From Spirochaetia bacterium (GTDB lineage Bacteria; Spirochaetota; Spirochaetia; DSM-16054; Sediminispirochaetaceae), in assembly GCA_034520965.1 (NCBI GenBank), contig JAXHMY010000003.1, forward strand, positions 416,001 to 480,000: 64,000 nucleotides of DNA. The letters run 5' to 3'. The position numbers and the translations under genes are program-made. The notes beneath the pieces were generated by a model. It did no database searches and was not told the origin of the DNA. It saw only the letters and a list, made by a program, of their open reading frames with translations. Below, piece after piece: positions 42,675-52,586 of this stretch (positions within the stretch are counted from its first letter, which is position 1; each line of letters opens with the position of its first letter).

Positions 42675-43778
42675 TTATATAGCCGGTGTGTAGTCCATTC
42701 CAAAGGTATCTGCCACCGCTTTGTAGGTCAGTGCTCCATCGTAAAGGTTAATACCTAATTTAAGCGCTTCGTTTTCTTTGGCCGCCTTCTCCAGCCCTTT
42801 GTTGGCAATCATAAGGCCGTACTTAAGGGTAGCGCTGGTAAGTCCAAGGGTAGCTGTACGTGCCACGGCACCCGGCATATTCGCCACGCAGTAATGGACT
42901 ACGCCGTCAATGGTGAAAGTCGGCTCATCATGGGTGGTGGGCTTAGTGGTTTCAATACATCCGCCCTGATCAACCGCCACATCTACAATCACTGAACCCT
43001 GTTTCATCTTTTTCAGATCAGCCCTCTTCACCAAATTCGGAGCCTTTGCGCCGGGAATCAGAACAGCTCCAACCAGTAAATCACTCTCGTGCAGCACTTT
43101 TTCGATGTTGGCCGGGTTGCTGTACAGGGTATTAATATGTCCTTCGAAGATATCATCAAGGTATTCCAGACGGTTCACATTGATATCAAGGATCGTAACC
43201 TGAGCACCCAAGCCATATGCCATTTTAGCCGCATTGGTGCCGACTACTCCCCCGCCGAGAATAGCAACCTTGCCCTTTTCGACCCCCGGAATTCCGCCCA
43301 GCAGTACCCCGCGCCCTCCGAAGGGGCGTTCAAGAAACTTGGCCCCCTCCTGAATACTCAAGCGGCCGGCAATCTCACTCATGGGTTTCAACAGCGGCAG
43401 CTGCCCGTCCGCAGTCTCGATGGTCTCGTAGGCAACCCCTTTGATTCCGGCTTTTAACAAACCCTCGGTCAGCTCACGTTCGGCGGCCAGATGCAAATAC
43501 GTAAAGAGGATCTGTCCCTTATGAAACAGCTCCCATTCATCGGGCTGCGGCTCCTTTACTTTTACAATCATATCTGAGTTATCAAACACCTCTTTCCGGT
43601 CTTTTGCTATCGAAGCCCCGGCCTGGGTGTACTCTTCGTCCGTAAAACCGGCGTTTATACCAGCCCCCGCCTCAATACTCACCGAATGACCTGCCGCAAC
43701 ATACGCTTTCACGCATGAAGGAGTCAGGCCCACACGGTATTCATGGCGCTTAATTTCCTTCACAGAGCCTACCTTCAT
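42675..43778 (-). CDS. ald: Alanine dehydrogenase
   Basis: KVKEP, FTYLHLA, GGGVVG, DQGGC, HYCVANMPGAV. Confidence 0.97.
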   Translation of the reverse strand: MKVGSVKEIKRHEYRVGLTPSCVKAYVAAGHSVSIEAGAGINAGFTDEEYTQAGASIAKDRKEVFDNSDMIVKVKEPQPDEWELFHKGQILFTYLHLAAERELTEGLLKAGIKGVAYETIETADGQLPLLKPMSEIAGRLSIQEGAKFLERPFGGRGVLLGGIPGVEKGKVAILGGGVVGTNAAKMAYGLGAQVTILDINVNRLEYLDDIFEGHINTLYSNPANIEKVLHESDLLVGAVLIPGAKAPNLVKRADLKKMKQGSVIVDVAVDQGGCIETTKPTTHDEPTFTIDGVVHYCVANMPGAVARTATLGLTSATLKYGLMIANKGLEKAAKENEALKLGINLYDGALTYKAVADTFGMDYTPAI

Positions 43779-43822
43779 AAACCACCTCCAATTATTTTAA
43801 ATATTGATCTCCTGATTTATGT

Positions 43823-43872
43823 ATTGTGAAGCCAAATTTTTACTCTGTCAAATTATTTTTTGTATATACAAA
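43823..43872 (-). promoter_or_regulatory. ald promoter and upstream palindrome TTTGTATATACAAA (GntR-like)
   Basis: TTGACA-17-CACAAT; perfect 14-bp palindrome at 43859-43872. Confidence 0.55.
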
Positions 43873-43888
43873 TATATCAATTGTTACC

Positions 43889-45091
43889 TTAACCGTGAAT
43901 CCAGGAGAGAAAGGAGCCGCTCATTGCATCAACACCGATTTTCCATCCCCCTCGCAGGAACACCCGGGGCACCCGTTTTCCAATTAGACAGGTTACTTCG
44001 TAGGTAATTGTGCCGGCTCGCTCCGCCAGCTCTTCACTGCTGATACGGTCGCTTCGCCCTTGCCACTGCTGGCTTCCCAGCAGTACAGCCCTATCCCCCA
44101 CTTTCACCGATTCAGGAATATCAGTCAGATCAACGGTAATCATGTCCATCGATACACGCCCCACCACAGGTACCCGCATTCCATGGACTATCACATCCGC
44201 ATTGCCTGAATAATCGCGAATAAAACCGTCGCCATACCCAATCGGCAGCACCCCGATACGCGAAGGACGGCTGGTAACAAAGGTTCGACCATACCCAATA
44301 CTGGTATTGACGGGAAAATCATCGACCTTAATGAACGCGCTCTGCAGGGTAAAAGCTTCCTGCAGCGGTACAGAATGATCGACCTCACTACTTGGGTACA
44401 TACCAAAGCTTGATACCCCGGGTCTGATAAGCTGAAAGCCGGATTCATGCGGAAAATCAAGCACCGCACCGCTGTTTGCAACATGGGTATACTCCGGTTG
44501 GATTCCCAATTCCTTCAATTGCCGAAGCAGGTTGGAAAAACTTTCTATCTGCTGAAAACTAAAACCTTTGTCACTCTCGTCGGATATTGGAAAATGAGTA
44601 AAAACGCCCTCAAGCTGCAGGTAAGATAAATTTTGTAATTCTCTAAAAAAATTTAAGGCCCGCGGCATCTGTACTCCGAGCCGCCCCATTCCGGTATCGA
44701 CATTTACATGAATTGGAACGGTGCTGTGCATTTTCGCGGCAACCTTATTTACTTCCCGGGCATACTCTAAAGAGGAAACACTGAACTTTACCTTTCGCTC
44801 GATCCCAGGGGCAATTTCATCGGAGAAAAGATCTTCAAGCATCATTAGCGGCAGGTTCACTCCGTTGCTGCGCAGATACTCTACCTCCTCTAAAGCTGCA
44901 ACCCCTCCGGCAAAGGCACCTAGTTCCTCTGCCAATCGGCCTACCGCTACACTGCCGTGGCCGTAGGCATCAGCCTTTAAGAGTACCACATACCCCTTTT
45001 CCTTCCCGGCCCGCTTCCACAAGGTATTGATATTATGTTCAATAGCATCAAGATCAATTACTGCATGAGTTCTTCGTATTGGTATATGCAT
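43889..45091 (-). CDS. alr: Alanine racemase
   Basis: KADAYGHG, DTGMGRLG, IGYG, GRVSMD. Confidence 0.95.
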   Translation of the reverse strand: MHIPIRRTHAVIDLDAIEHNINTLWKRAGKEKGYVVLLKADAYGHGSVAVGRLAEELGAFAGGVAALEEVEYLRSNGVNLPLMMLEDLFSDEIAPGIERKVKFSVSSLEYAREVNKVAAKMHSTVPIHVNVDTGMGRLGVQMPRALNFFRELQNLSYLQLEGVFTHFPISDESDKGFSFQQIESFSNLLRQLKELGIQPEYTHVANSGAVLDFPHESGFQLIRPGVSSFGMYPSSEVDHSVPLQEAFTLQSAFIKVDDFPVNTSIGYGRTFVTSRPSRIGVLPIGYGDGFIRDYSGNADVIVHGMRVPVVGRVSMDMITVDLTDIPESVKVGDRAVLLGSQQWQGRSDRISSEELAERAGTITYEVTCLIGKRVPRVFLRGGWKIGVDAMSGSFLSWIHG

Positions 45092-45219
45092 ACTCTGCCT
45101 TCCTCTTTAAAAATCTGTAGAATACACTTAAAAACAGTGTAGCCCTGTCTTCCTCTTGGGTCAAACAATTTGACTTACCGGTAATAGATTCTTATGTTTA
45201 AACAAAACAAGGAGGCTGT

Positions 45220-45531
45220 ATGCCGCATAACTGGGACATAGAAGAAGTAAAGGAAGTATTTGGACACGAGAAGGTAAACGAATACCTGCGAACTGGATGG
45301 GTACTTTTCAGCCACCCATGTAGTAGGAACGATGGAAGCGGGAATTGCCTAACCCACCACTTATGTATGTGCTTGGCCGGCCGCGAAAAAAAGATCAGCC
45401 CAAGGAGTAGATCGAAGGATTACATATCGAGGGGCAGTCAGTTCTTCTCTAAAACAGCTTCCAGCTTTTCCCGTTTTAATATATGTATTTGCCGGCCCGT
45501 TTGCGAGAGAATCCCGCGGGTACAAAATTGA
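45220..45531 (+). CDS. Small hypothetical protein; 3' part unreliable, probably indels
   Basis: AAGGAGG SD; plausible N-terminus; called end overlaps the convergent hcpR. Confidence 0.45.
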   Translation: MPHNWDIEEVKEVFGHEKVNEYLRTGWVLFSHPCSRNDGSGNCLTHHLCMCLAGREKKISPRSRSKDYISRGSQFFSKTASSFSRFNICICRPVCERIPRVQN

Positions 45532-46124
45532 GAAAATTCCCTGGACAGGGAAGGTCGGGTAACACCAAAAATTTCCGCTAAAGCTTCCTTGGTGAGTGGG
45601 AGTAAAGGGCTGTCGGTTCCCTGTGTATCGGCCTGTTCAAGAAGATAACCGGCAATTTTTTCTGTGATAGTGGCAAACTGCACCAGACGCAGTTTTTCCG
45701 CCAATATTGTCAAACGGAGGCCGGAATCCCGTAAGAAGTTGGTAAGAAAGCGCTCTTCCTGCTGTAGCAAACGTATGACCTGTGGTCGGGGTATACTGCA
45801 GATAACGACATCGGTTTCAGCGGAAAGGTTTACCGGCAGGTTATTCTCCGGAGCAAATAAAATTGAAGAAGCTACCGCTTCGGAGGTCTTCAAAGTTTCT
45901 ACTTTTAACACTTTACCGCTAAAATCCTGAAACTCCGCAGCAATCCTACCCTCTACTAGTATCCATAAGTTTGTATACACATCCCCGCGAAAGGCAATCA
46001 GTGCCCCGCGATTGTAGCGGAACAAATGACACTGCTCCCCGGAGAACAGATTTTCAACTTTACTGCGTTGCATTCCATCAAACAGATGACAGGCAAGTAA
46101 AGCCTTTAGATGATCTTCCTGCAT
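45438..46124 (-). CDS. hcpR: Crp/Fnr-family regulator, HcpR-like
   Basis: cNMP-binding fold plus HTH LAEIFGVTRPSLSR; divergent from hcp; SD GGAGGAGG. Confidence 0.85.
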   Translation of the reverse strand: MQEDHLKALLACHLFDGMQRSKVENLFSGEQCHLFRYNRGALIAFRGDVYTNLWILVEGRIAAEFQDFSGKVLKVETLKTSEAVASSILFAPENNLPVNLSAETDVVICSIPRPQVIRLLQQEERFLTNFLRDSGLRLTILAEKLRLVQFATITEKIAGYLLEQADTQGTDSPLLPLTKEALAEIFGVTRPSLSREFSQFCTRGILSQTGRQIHILKREKLEAVLEKN

Positions 46125-46149
46125 GCCGGCCTCCTCCGTTACACATAGT

Positions 46150-46192
46150 TGTAACATATGTTACAGCTTTATTCCGATCCAAAGGATATAAT
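46150..46192 (+). promoter_or_regulatory. HcpR-type site TGTAACATATGTTACA and -10 TATAAT of hcp
   Basis: Perfect 16-bp palindrome at 46150-46165; TATAAT at 46187-46192; centre near -41.5. Confidence 0.8.
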
Positions 46193-46228
46193 AAAAATAG
46201 AAAAAATTGAACCAAGGAGGAACAATAT

Positions 46229-47861
46229 ATGTTCTGTTATCAATGTCAAGAAACTGCCGGAAACGTCAGTTGCACCGTCAAAGGTGTCTGCGGTAAGGAT
46301 GAACCTACTTCAAATCTTCAGGATTTGTTGATCCACACTTTAAAGGGAATCGGGCTTATCCACAGCAAGGGTAATCTGAGCGAAGCTGACGAGATGGAAG
46401 CCGGCCGTTTCACAGTAGAGGCGCTGTTTGCCACCATCACCAATGCAAACTTTGATGAAGACCGCATCTCGAAACTGATCGATACAGCCCTGCGGCTGCG
46501 GGATTCCCTTGCCGAAAGGGCTGGAATCAACTCCGCCGACCTCGGCGATGCAGCGGTGTGGCAGGGTACTGATAAAAACGGAGTACCTCGACAAAGCCCC
46601 TGAAGTAGGCGTGCTTTCCACGGAAAATGAAGACATCCGTTCCCTGCGGGAGCTAACCATCTACGGTCTAAAGGGCATGTCGGCCTACACAGACCATGCA
46701 AAAATACTCGGCTATGAAGATATCGAGGTATACCGCTTTATTCTTAAAGCCCTGGCTTCTACAACTCAAAATCTATCGGCGGAGGACCTTACCGCCCTGG
46801 TACTGGAAACCGGCTCAACCGCCGTGAGCGCTATGAAGCTGCTCGATACGGCCAATACAGAGACCTACGGAAATCCGGAAATAACGCAGGTAAATATCGG
46901 AGTGCGAGACCGCCCTGGAATTCTTATTTCCGGTCACGATTTGAAGGACATGGATGAGCTGCTGAAACAAACCGAGGGAACAGGTGTGGACGTGTATACC
47001 CACAGCGAAATGCTGCCGGCAAACTACTATCCGGCCTTCAAAAAGTACGAGCACTTTGTTGGAAATTACGGCAACGCCTGGTGGAAGCAGAACAAAGAGT
47101 TTGAGGCCTTTAACGGCCCGATTGTAATGACCACCAACTGTATCACCCCTGTAAGAGATACGTATAAAGACCGTATTTTTACCACCAATATGGCCGGATA
47201 TCCGGGAGTTCAGCACCTGCCCAACCGACCTGAGGGCGGCAGCAAGGACTTTAGCCGGGTAATTGAACTGGCCAAGAAGTGTGATGCCCCTACCGAGCTT
47301 GAGAGCGGGCAAATAGTCGGCGGCTTCGCCCACCATCAGGTTATGCAGCTGGCCGATAAAATTGTGGACGCCGTAAAAACCGGTGCGATTAAACGCTTTG
47401 TAGTTATGGCGGGCTGCGACGGCCGGCATAAAAATCGCAATTATTTTACCGATGTAGCCCAGGAGCTGCCCCAGGATGCGGTTATCCTTACCGCCGGCTG
47501 TGCGAAGTACCGCTACAACAAACTTAACCTAGGTGACATTGGGGGAATCCCCCGGGTATTGGATGCCGGACAATGTAACGACAGTTACTCCCTGGCCGTA
47601 ATCGCCCTTAAACTGAAGGAAGTATTTGAACTTGATGATGTAAATGAACTGCCGATATCCTTCGATCTGGCCTGGTATGAGCAGAAAGCGGTGATAGTAC
47701 TGCTGGCCCTCTTATCCCTCGGCTTCAAGGGAATCAGGCTAGGACCAACCCTCCCCGCCTTTCTCTCGGCCAACGTGGTGAAGGTGCTGGTAGAGAACTT
47801 TGATATTAAACCTATCGGAGAGGTAAAAGAGGATGTTGCCGCGATAATGGCTGGCGCTTAA
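46229..47861 (+). CDS. hcp: Hybrid cluster protein (hydroxylamine/NO reductase), indel near 46577
   Basis: MFCYQCQET...C...GVCGK, SGHDL, HSEMLP, GCDG, GQCNDSY, WYEQKA. Confidence 0.95.
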
Positions 47862-48145
47862 GACTCTGTCAATTCAGCGATATCCTGGTATTCGGGATGT
47901 CTGCGTACAAAACTCACCACATAAGAGCATGTGGGAATGACCTTAAGATTTTGGCTGCGGGCCCATTCTAATGCGGCCCGCACCACCTTTCCTGCCACTC
48001 CACCGCCGCGCAGCTCCGGCGGCGAGTAGGTATGCTGGTACACCACCGAGGTATCATCCTTATACCGGTAAGTCATATGGGATTCCTTCCCATTTACTTT
48101 TATATAAAACTTCTTAGTTTTCTCATCGTGCTGTACTTCCGACAT
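47858..48145 (-). CDS. Small GNAT-family acetyltransferase (YjdJ-like)
   Basis: [19 protein letters not shown]. Confidence 0.88.
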   Translation of the reverse strand: MSEVQHDEKTKKFYIKVNGKESHMTYRYKDDTSVVYQHTYSPPELRGGGVAGKVVRAALEWARSQNLKVIPTCSYVVSFVRRHPEYQDIAELTES

Positions 48146-48305
48146 GTTCTGCTCCTTTTATTTTTGAAAGCGCCTGATTTTTTCCCGGCTGAAGCGCAAG
48201 GCCGAGATTCTTCTTCCCCTGAACTTCATCTTCCACATAAAAGCTATTATCCTCTATACTCTACTAACTAGTATAATGATTGTAATACAATATTAGGAGA
48301 TATCA

Positions 48306-48644
48306 ATGGATACGATTAAATGGGCCGATTTTGAGCAAGTTGAACTGCGAGTAGGGACAATAACAGGGGTGCACAGCTTCCCTCAAGCCCGTCGCCCGGC
48401 TTACCAGCTGGTCATAGACTTTGGACCGGAACTCGGGAGCAAAAAATCAAGCGCCCAAATTACAGAACTATACACAGCCAAAGAGCTTCAAGGCAGACAG
48501 GTTGTGGCCGTTGTCAACTTCCCTCCCAAGCAAATAGGCACTTTTATGTCGGAATGCCTAGTAACCGGGTTTTATCAGAAAGACGGGGCGGTCGTGCTGG
48601 CTGTCCCTGAAAGGCCGGTTGAAAACGGCGCCAAACTGCTTTAG
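48306..48644 (+). CDS. csaA: CsaA/tRNA-binding OB-fold chaperone
   Basis: KKSSAQIT, VVNFPPKQIG.FMSECL. Confidence 0.9.
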   Translation: MDTIKWADFEQVELRVGTITGVHSFPQARRPAYQLVIDFGPELGSKKSSAQITELYTAKELQGRQVVAVVNFPPKQIGTFMSECLVTGFYQKDGAVVLAVPERPVENGAKLL

Positions 48645-49175
48645 TTAATTTTCTTTAATAGGCGCGTCTAAGGGACGGATAATCACATAATCGTTCGATT
48701 TCATACCGGCATGACACTCAATGCAGCTGCTTACCCGGCCGGAGACCCTTACCGTTCCGTCCGGCGCATAATTAGTCCAGAACCAGTTTCCATCATTCGG
48801 TGCGAACTGCTTCACCTTTGCCATGACGGTAATTGCACTCAGCTCTTCATCGGTGCTGTAGTTTTCCTTTACGATGAGTGTTCCATGGGGGGCGATTTTT
48901 GATTCTACCGGGAGTGCTTCAATGAGGGTATGGTTCACGAAGACCTTGTGGAAAGGCCCATGCGGTGCCTGTCCGGGCCGCAGTCCTTCATGACCCGGCA
49001 AGTACTCGTAGTTGGTATAAGGATTCTCCTCGGTAATGCGCAGCCAAAGGGTTTCAGCATCTATTTCGCCCTTTTCGAGCGGTTCGAGTACAAGCTGCTC
49101 CTCTTGGCTGCAGCCGATAAAAAGCAAGCCCGCCGCCACTGCGAGCAGGGCAAATAGGACCGTTGTGCGCCTCAT
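48645..49175 (-). CDS. Cytochrome P460-family lipoprotein (single CxxCH)
   Basis: Lipobox LFIGC; GTLIVKE, VMAK, GNWFW, CIECH, DYV. Confidence 0.82.
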   Translation of the reverse strand: MRRTTVLFALLAVAAGLLFIGCSQEEQLVLEPLEKGEIDAETLWLRITEENPYTNYEYLPGHEGLRPGQAPHGPFHKVFVNHTLIEALPVESKIAPHGTLIVKENYSTDEELSAITVMAKVKQFAPNDGNWFWTNYAPDGTVRVSGRVSSCIECHAGMKSNDYVIIRPLDAPIKEN

Positions 49176-51400
49176 GGGTTCTCCTCCATTGGTAAGGTAA
49201 TAGTAAAGCGCGTGCCGGAACCCTTTCTGGTCCAGACACCGATTTTCCCGCCCAGTCTTTTGACCTCAGAGTAGACCGCATCAAGGCCCACTCCACGGCC
49301 GGATAATTGGTTGGCCTCGCTTTTGGTGCTGAAGTCGGGCTTGAACAAAAGTTTGATAAGCTCTTTTTCGGAGTATTCTTTATCGGGAGCGATTAGATTT
49401 TGGTCTACAGCTTTTCGCTTTACCCGTTCCAGATCGATCCCGCGTCCGTCGTCCCTTATCTCTATTTTTATGCTCCCGTCTTTTTCAGCAAAATTGATAC
49501 TGAGATGGGCCTTCTCCGACTTCTCGAGGCTGATCCTCTCTATGCTTTCCTCGATTCCATGGTCCAGGGAATTGCGTACCAGGTGGATTATCGGATTTCG
49601 CAAATGGGCCAGCTGCGGAACTTTGCTCACTTCATTGTGCACTTCTACCTCGACCCCTTTTCCCAATTCATCGGCAATATCATAAATCATCTTTTCGATG
49701 GTTTCTAAAAAGTTGCGCAGAGATGTTTCGGCCAAATCCGAGTCCGGAGTAGTTTGGGCAAAAGATTGAAACTTATCATTCATATCGCGGATGTTCTGCA
49801 GCTCCTGTCGCAGTTCTTCGATACGTGATTCAAGCTGTTGGAGTATATCTTCGTTTTGAGCCGGGACTTTGTCCCGTATCGAAAGCAACAGCGATTCGGT
49901 CTCATGGGCTATATCCGCAATTCTGCGAAACTCGAGGTAGCGGGCAGAACCTTTGAGTGAGTGCAGGTCGCGCATATACGCGGTGATGTTGCGGTTCGCA
50001 TCGGGATTCTCAAGCACCTCCTTCAGCTTCTCCAGGGTTGAGCGCGCATCGGCCTCGAACTCGACAAAGGAATCCGGTCCGATTTTGAGAAGTGTAGCGA
50101 TATGCTCGAGTTCCGATTTACTGCGTTCCTTTTCCTGCTGAAGTTCGGCCTGCATTTGAACGATATCGGTTTTATCGTTAAAGATAGCCATTACGTTTTC
50201 GACCTGGTTTCCGGAGAAGATACGCTGAAAATTCACCTCTACCACGATTTCTTTGGTTCCATCCGGGGTTTTTATCTGCAAATTTTTCTCAGACAAAGGG
50301 TTGATGGACAGTATCATATCCATATCGGTCTGTGTGTTTTGGAAGATCATATTGATAAACTGGTCAAGTTCCTTGCGCTCTTCAGAATCTTCCGGTCGAC
50401 CGGGATAAATGAACTCGCTGAACCGGCGTCCGGCAATTTCATCGGTGGCAAATAGTTCACCGATGTACCGGGGAGTACCGGTCGCTGATAGTTCCATCCT
50501 TGCGTATCAGCAGTAAGCCCTCGTTGATATTGTCCAGGTATTTCTTGTTCTCACTGTTTTTGGTTTCGATAACGCTGTTTTCGATCTCGAGGCGGCTCTT
50601 CTCTTTTAAGCCCGTAATCATGCTGTTTATTTTTTCTGAGAGCAACCCGAGCTCGTCTTTGCTTTTGACCCGGGACTGCACATCGAGATTACCGCTCCCT
50701 ACCGTACCGACCACGCTTCCAATTTCCAGTAAGGGATTAATGATAATGCGCTGCATGAGCAAAATGAGCAGCATTGCAATTGCGATTCCTGTCGCGATAA
50801 AGAAAAGAGTAAGCATATTTCGAGAGGAGGAGATTTGCTGAAATGTTCTATCCAGAAGAAAACTCTGATAATACGCCACGCCGCGGGTAAGCTTTTCCGT
50901 GCCATGGCACTGACGACATTCTGCGTAGTTCAGGATCGGAAAAAAGTATTCGATGTTCTGTTCGTCCAGGTTCTCCACATAGCGGGGAGTATTCGAACTG
51001 ACTACCTCCTGAAACACCTCGCGCGTGTTCTTTCTCGTTTCCACTCTTGGAGTTTGATCGAACATTATTCTGTTTTGAAACGAATTGACGAACTCTAAAG
51101 TGGAATAGTCGGAGAATGCAATAGTTCCGTCGCGGCGGAACAGTTCGAGCTGCTCAAAACCCTGGATTCGCTCGTGAGGTCGTCCATAGTGTTCACTGCC
51201 AAGGGGGCTTCCCCGCTCAGCATGAGATTTTGGATGACGCTGTTGAGAATATCATTGCTGGTAATCAAGTTGCGCTTCTGTGTATCGAGAATTGCATTCC
51301 GTTGATTGGTCACCGCTATCACGATGGAAACTGCGACACTGATCAACAGCAACAGAGTGATTGCGGTAACTACTTTGCCTCGAATCGACCTTTGCTGCAT
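49172..51400 (-). CDS. Membrane CheA-like (class III) histidine kinase: TM, heme-c sensor, TM, HAMP, PAS-like, Hpt, HATPase; indels near 51170 and 50470
   Basis: ORFs 51095-51400, 50457-51065 and 49172-50497 join; CRQCH between the TMs; Hpt LHSLKG; HLVRNSLDHGIE, DDGRG, FST, SGRGVG; ends without a CheW domain. Confidence 0.82.
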
Positions 51401-51409
51401 CTGTTTTCC

Positions 51410-51871
51410 TTACACCATGTCTCTGAGTGATACATTCACTGAGAAGGGACCACATTCGGAGTCAAAGGGTATGGCCACAATTGGAATTCCCTCCGGCCAA
51501 TGAATATGATAGCTGGTGCCGGTGACGACCCCCGGCAGGGATATATCAATTCTGAAATCGAGCAAATCCTGCTTTGCATTTCCGGCAATGATATTGATGA
51601 GCTCCCCCACTCCGTCGATCACTTCACTACTCAACGCCTGGTATGTTTTTTGCTCCATCTTGGAAACCACCTGAATGGCGGTTTCACGGGAGAAGCTGAT
51701 AACTACAGCTCCCTTCGTCTCGCCGGCCAAGCCGATAATACCCGAAACCTCAAACATATTTTTTGGATCTTTTTTGAGATACGGCTTTTGAGGGGTTACT
51801 TCAACATTGATAAAATTGTTGAATAGATTTGTAGTTGCTTTGATAAAGGGATTGATATATTTTGCCTGCAT
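51410..51871 (-). CDS. cheX: CheX phosphatase
   Basis: YINPFI, VSGIIGLAG, GELINIIAGN, ISLP. Confidence 0.9.
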   Translation of the reverse strand: MQAKYINPFIKATTNLFNNFINVEVTPQKPYLKKDPKNMFEVSGIIGLAGETKGAVVISFSRETAIQVVSKMEQKTYQALSSEVIDGVGELINIIAGNAKQDLLDFRIDISLPGVVTGTSYHIHWPEGIPIVAIPFDSECGPFSVNVSLRDMV

Positions 51872-51879
51872 GCTGTCTC

Positions 51880-52250
51880 CTACTCCTGAATATATTTGCC
51901 TATTTTTTCCCAGAGTGTATTTCCGCGAACAGGTTTGATTATGTAGTTGGTAACCCGGCATTGATGGCTTCCACTACGTTGTATTTGGCGGATTCAGAGG
52001 TAATCATGATGATTGGAGTCTCAGCATACTTGTCCATAGCACGAATTACCTGAACCAGCTTCAATCCGTCAATTTTTGGCATGTTCCAATCCACCAAAAA
52101 GATACCGATATCCTGCTCTTTGGCGATTTTCAGGGCTTCCTCTCCGTCGGTCGCCTCTATAATGTCTGATTCGGCAATATTTTGCTCTAACAGAGTGTTT
52201 TTATGGATTCTGCGCATGACTCCCGAATCATCAATTACTAAAATTTTCAT
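51880..52250 (-). CDS. CheY-like response regulator, G-run indel near 51955
   Basis: IDDS, DWNMP, MITSE; corrected end AGVTNYIIKP...IQE. Confidence 0.88.
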
Positions 52251-52586
52251 TCTATCCTCCCACCGGTGCTTCTGATCTTGTGGTCTGAAAAAGTAATTCG
52301 TAACCAGCTACGGTAAGTGTAAGAGAGTTAATATATTACCGCAAGAGTAATTTTTTATTTATTGTAGAAATGATGAACAGATCAATACCCAAAGTGCGGC
52401 AGCAATTTGATAATTTCAAAGTTTTTTTTTAACAACAACTCTTTACTTCACAGCATCAATCAACAAGACTTATTGTAAGAATGCTTCCTGTCACTCCTAC
52501 TATTATTGTAAGGCAGAAAAATGTGGAAGACAGAAAATTCAAAAGTAAGTTATATAAGAAAACTCTAAGAGTTGAGGGGGATATGA

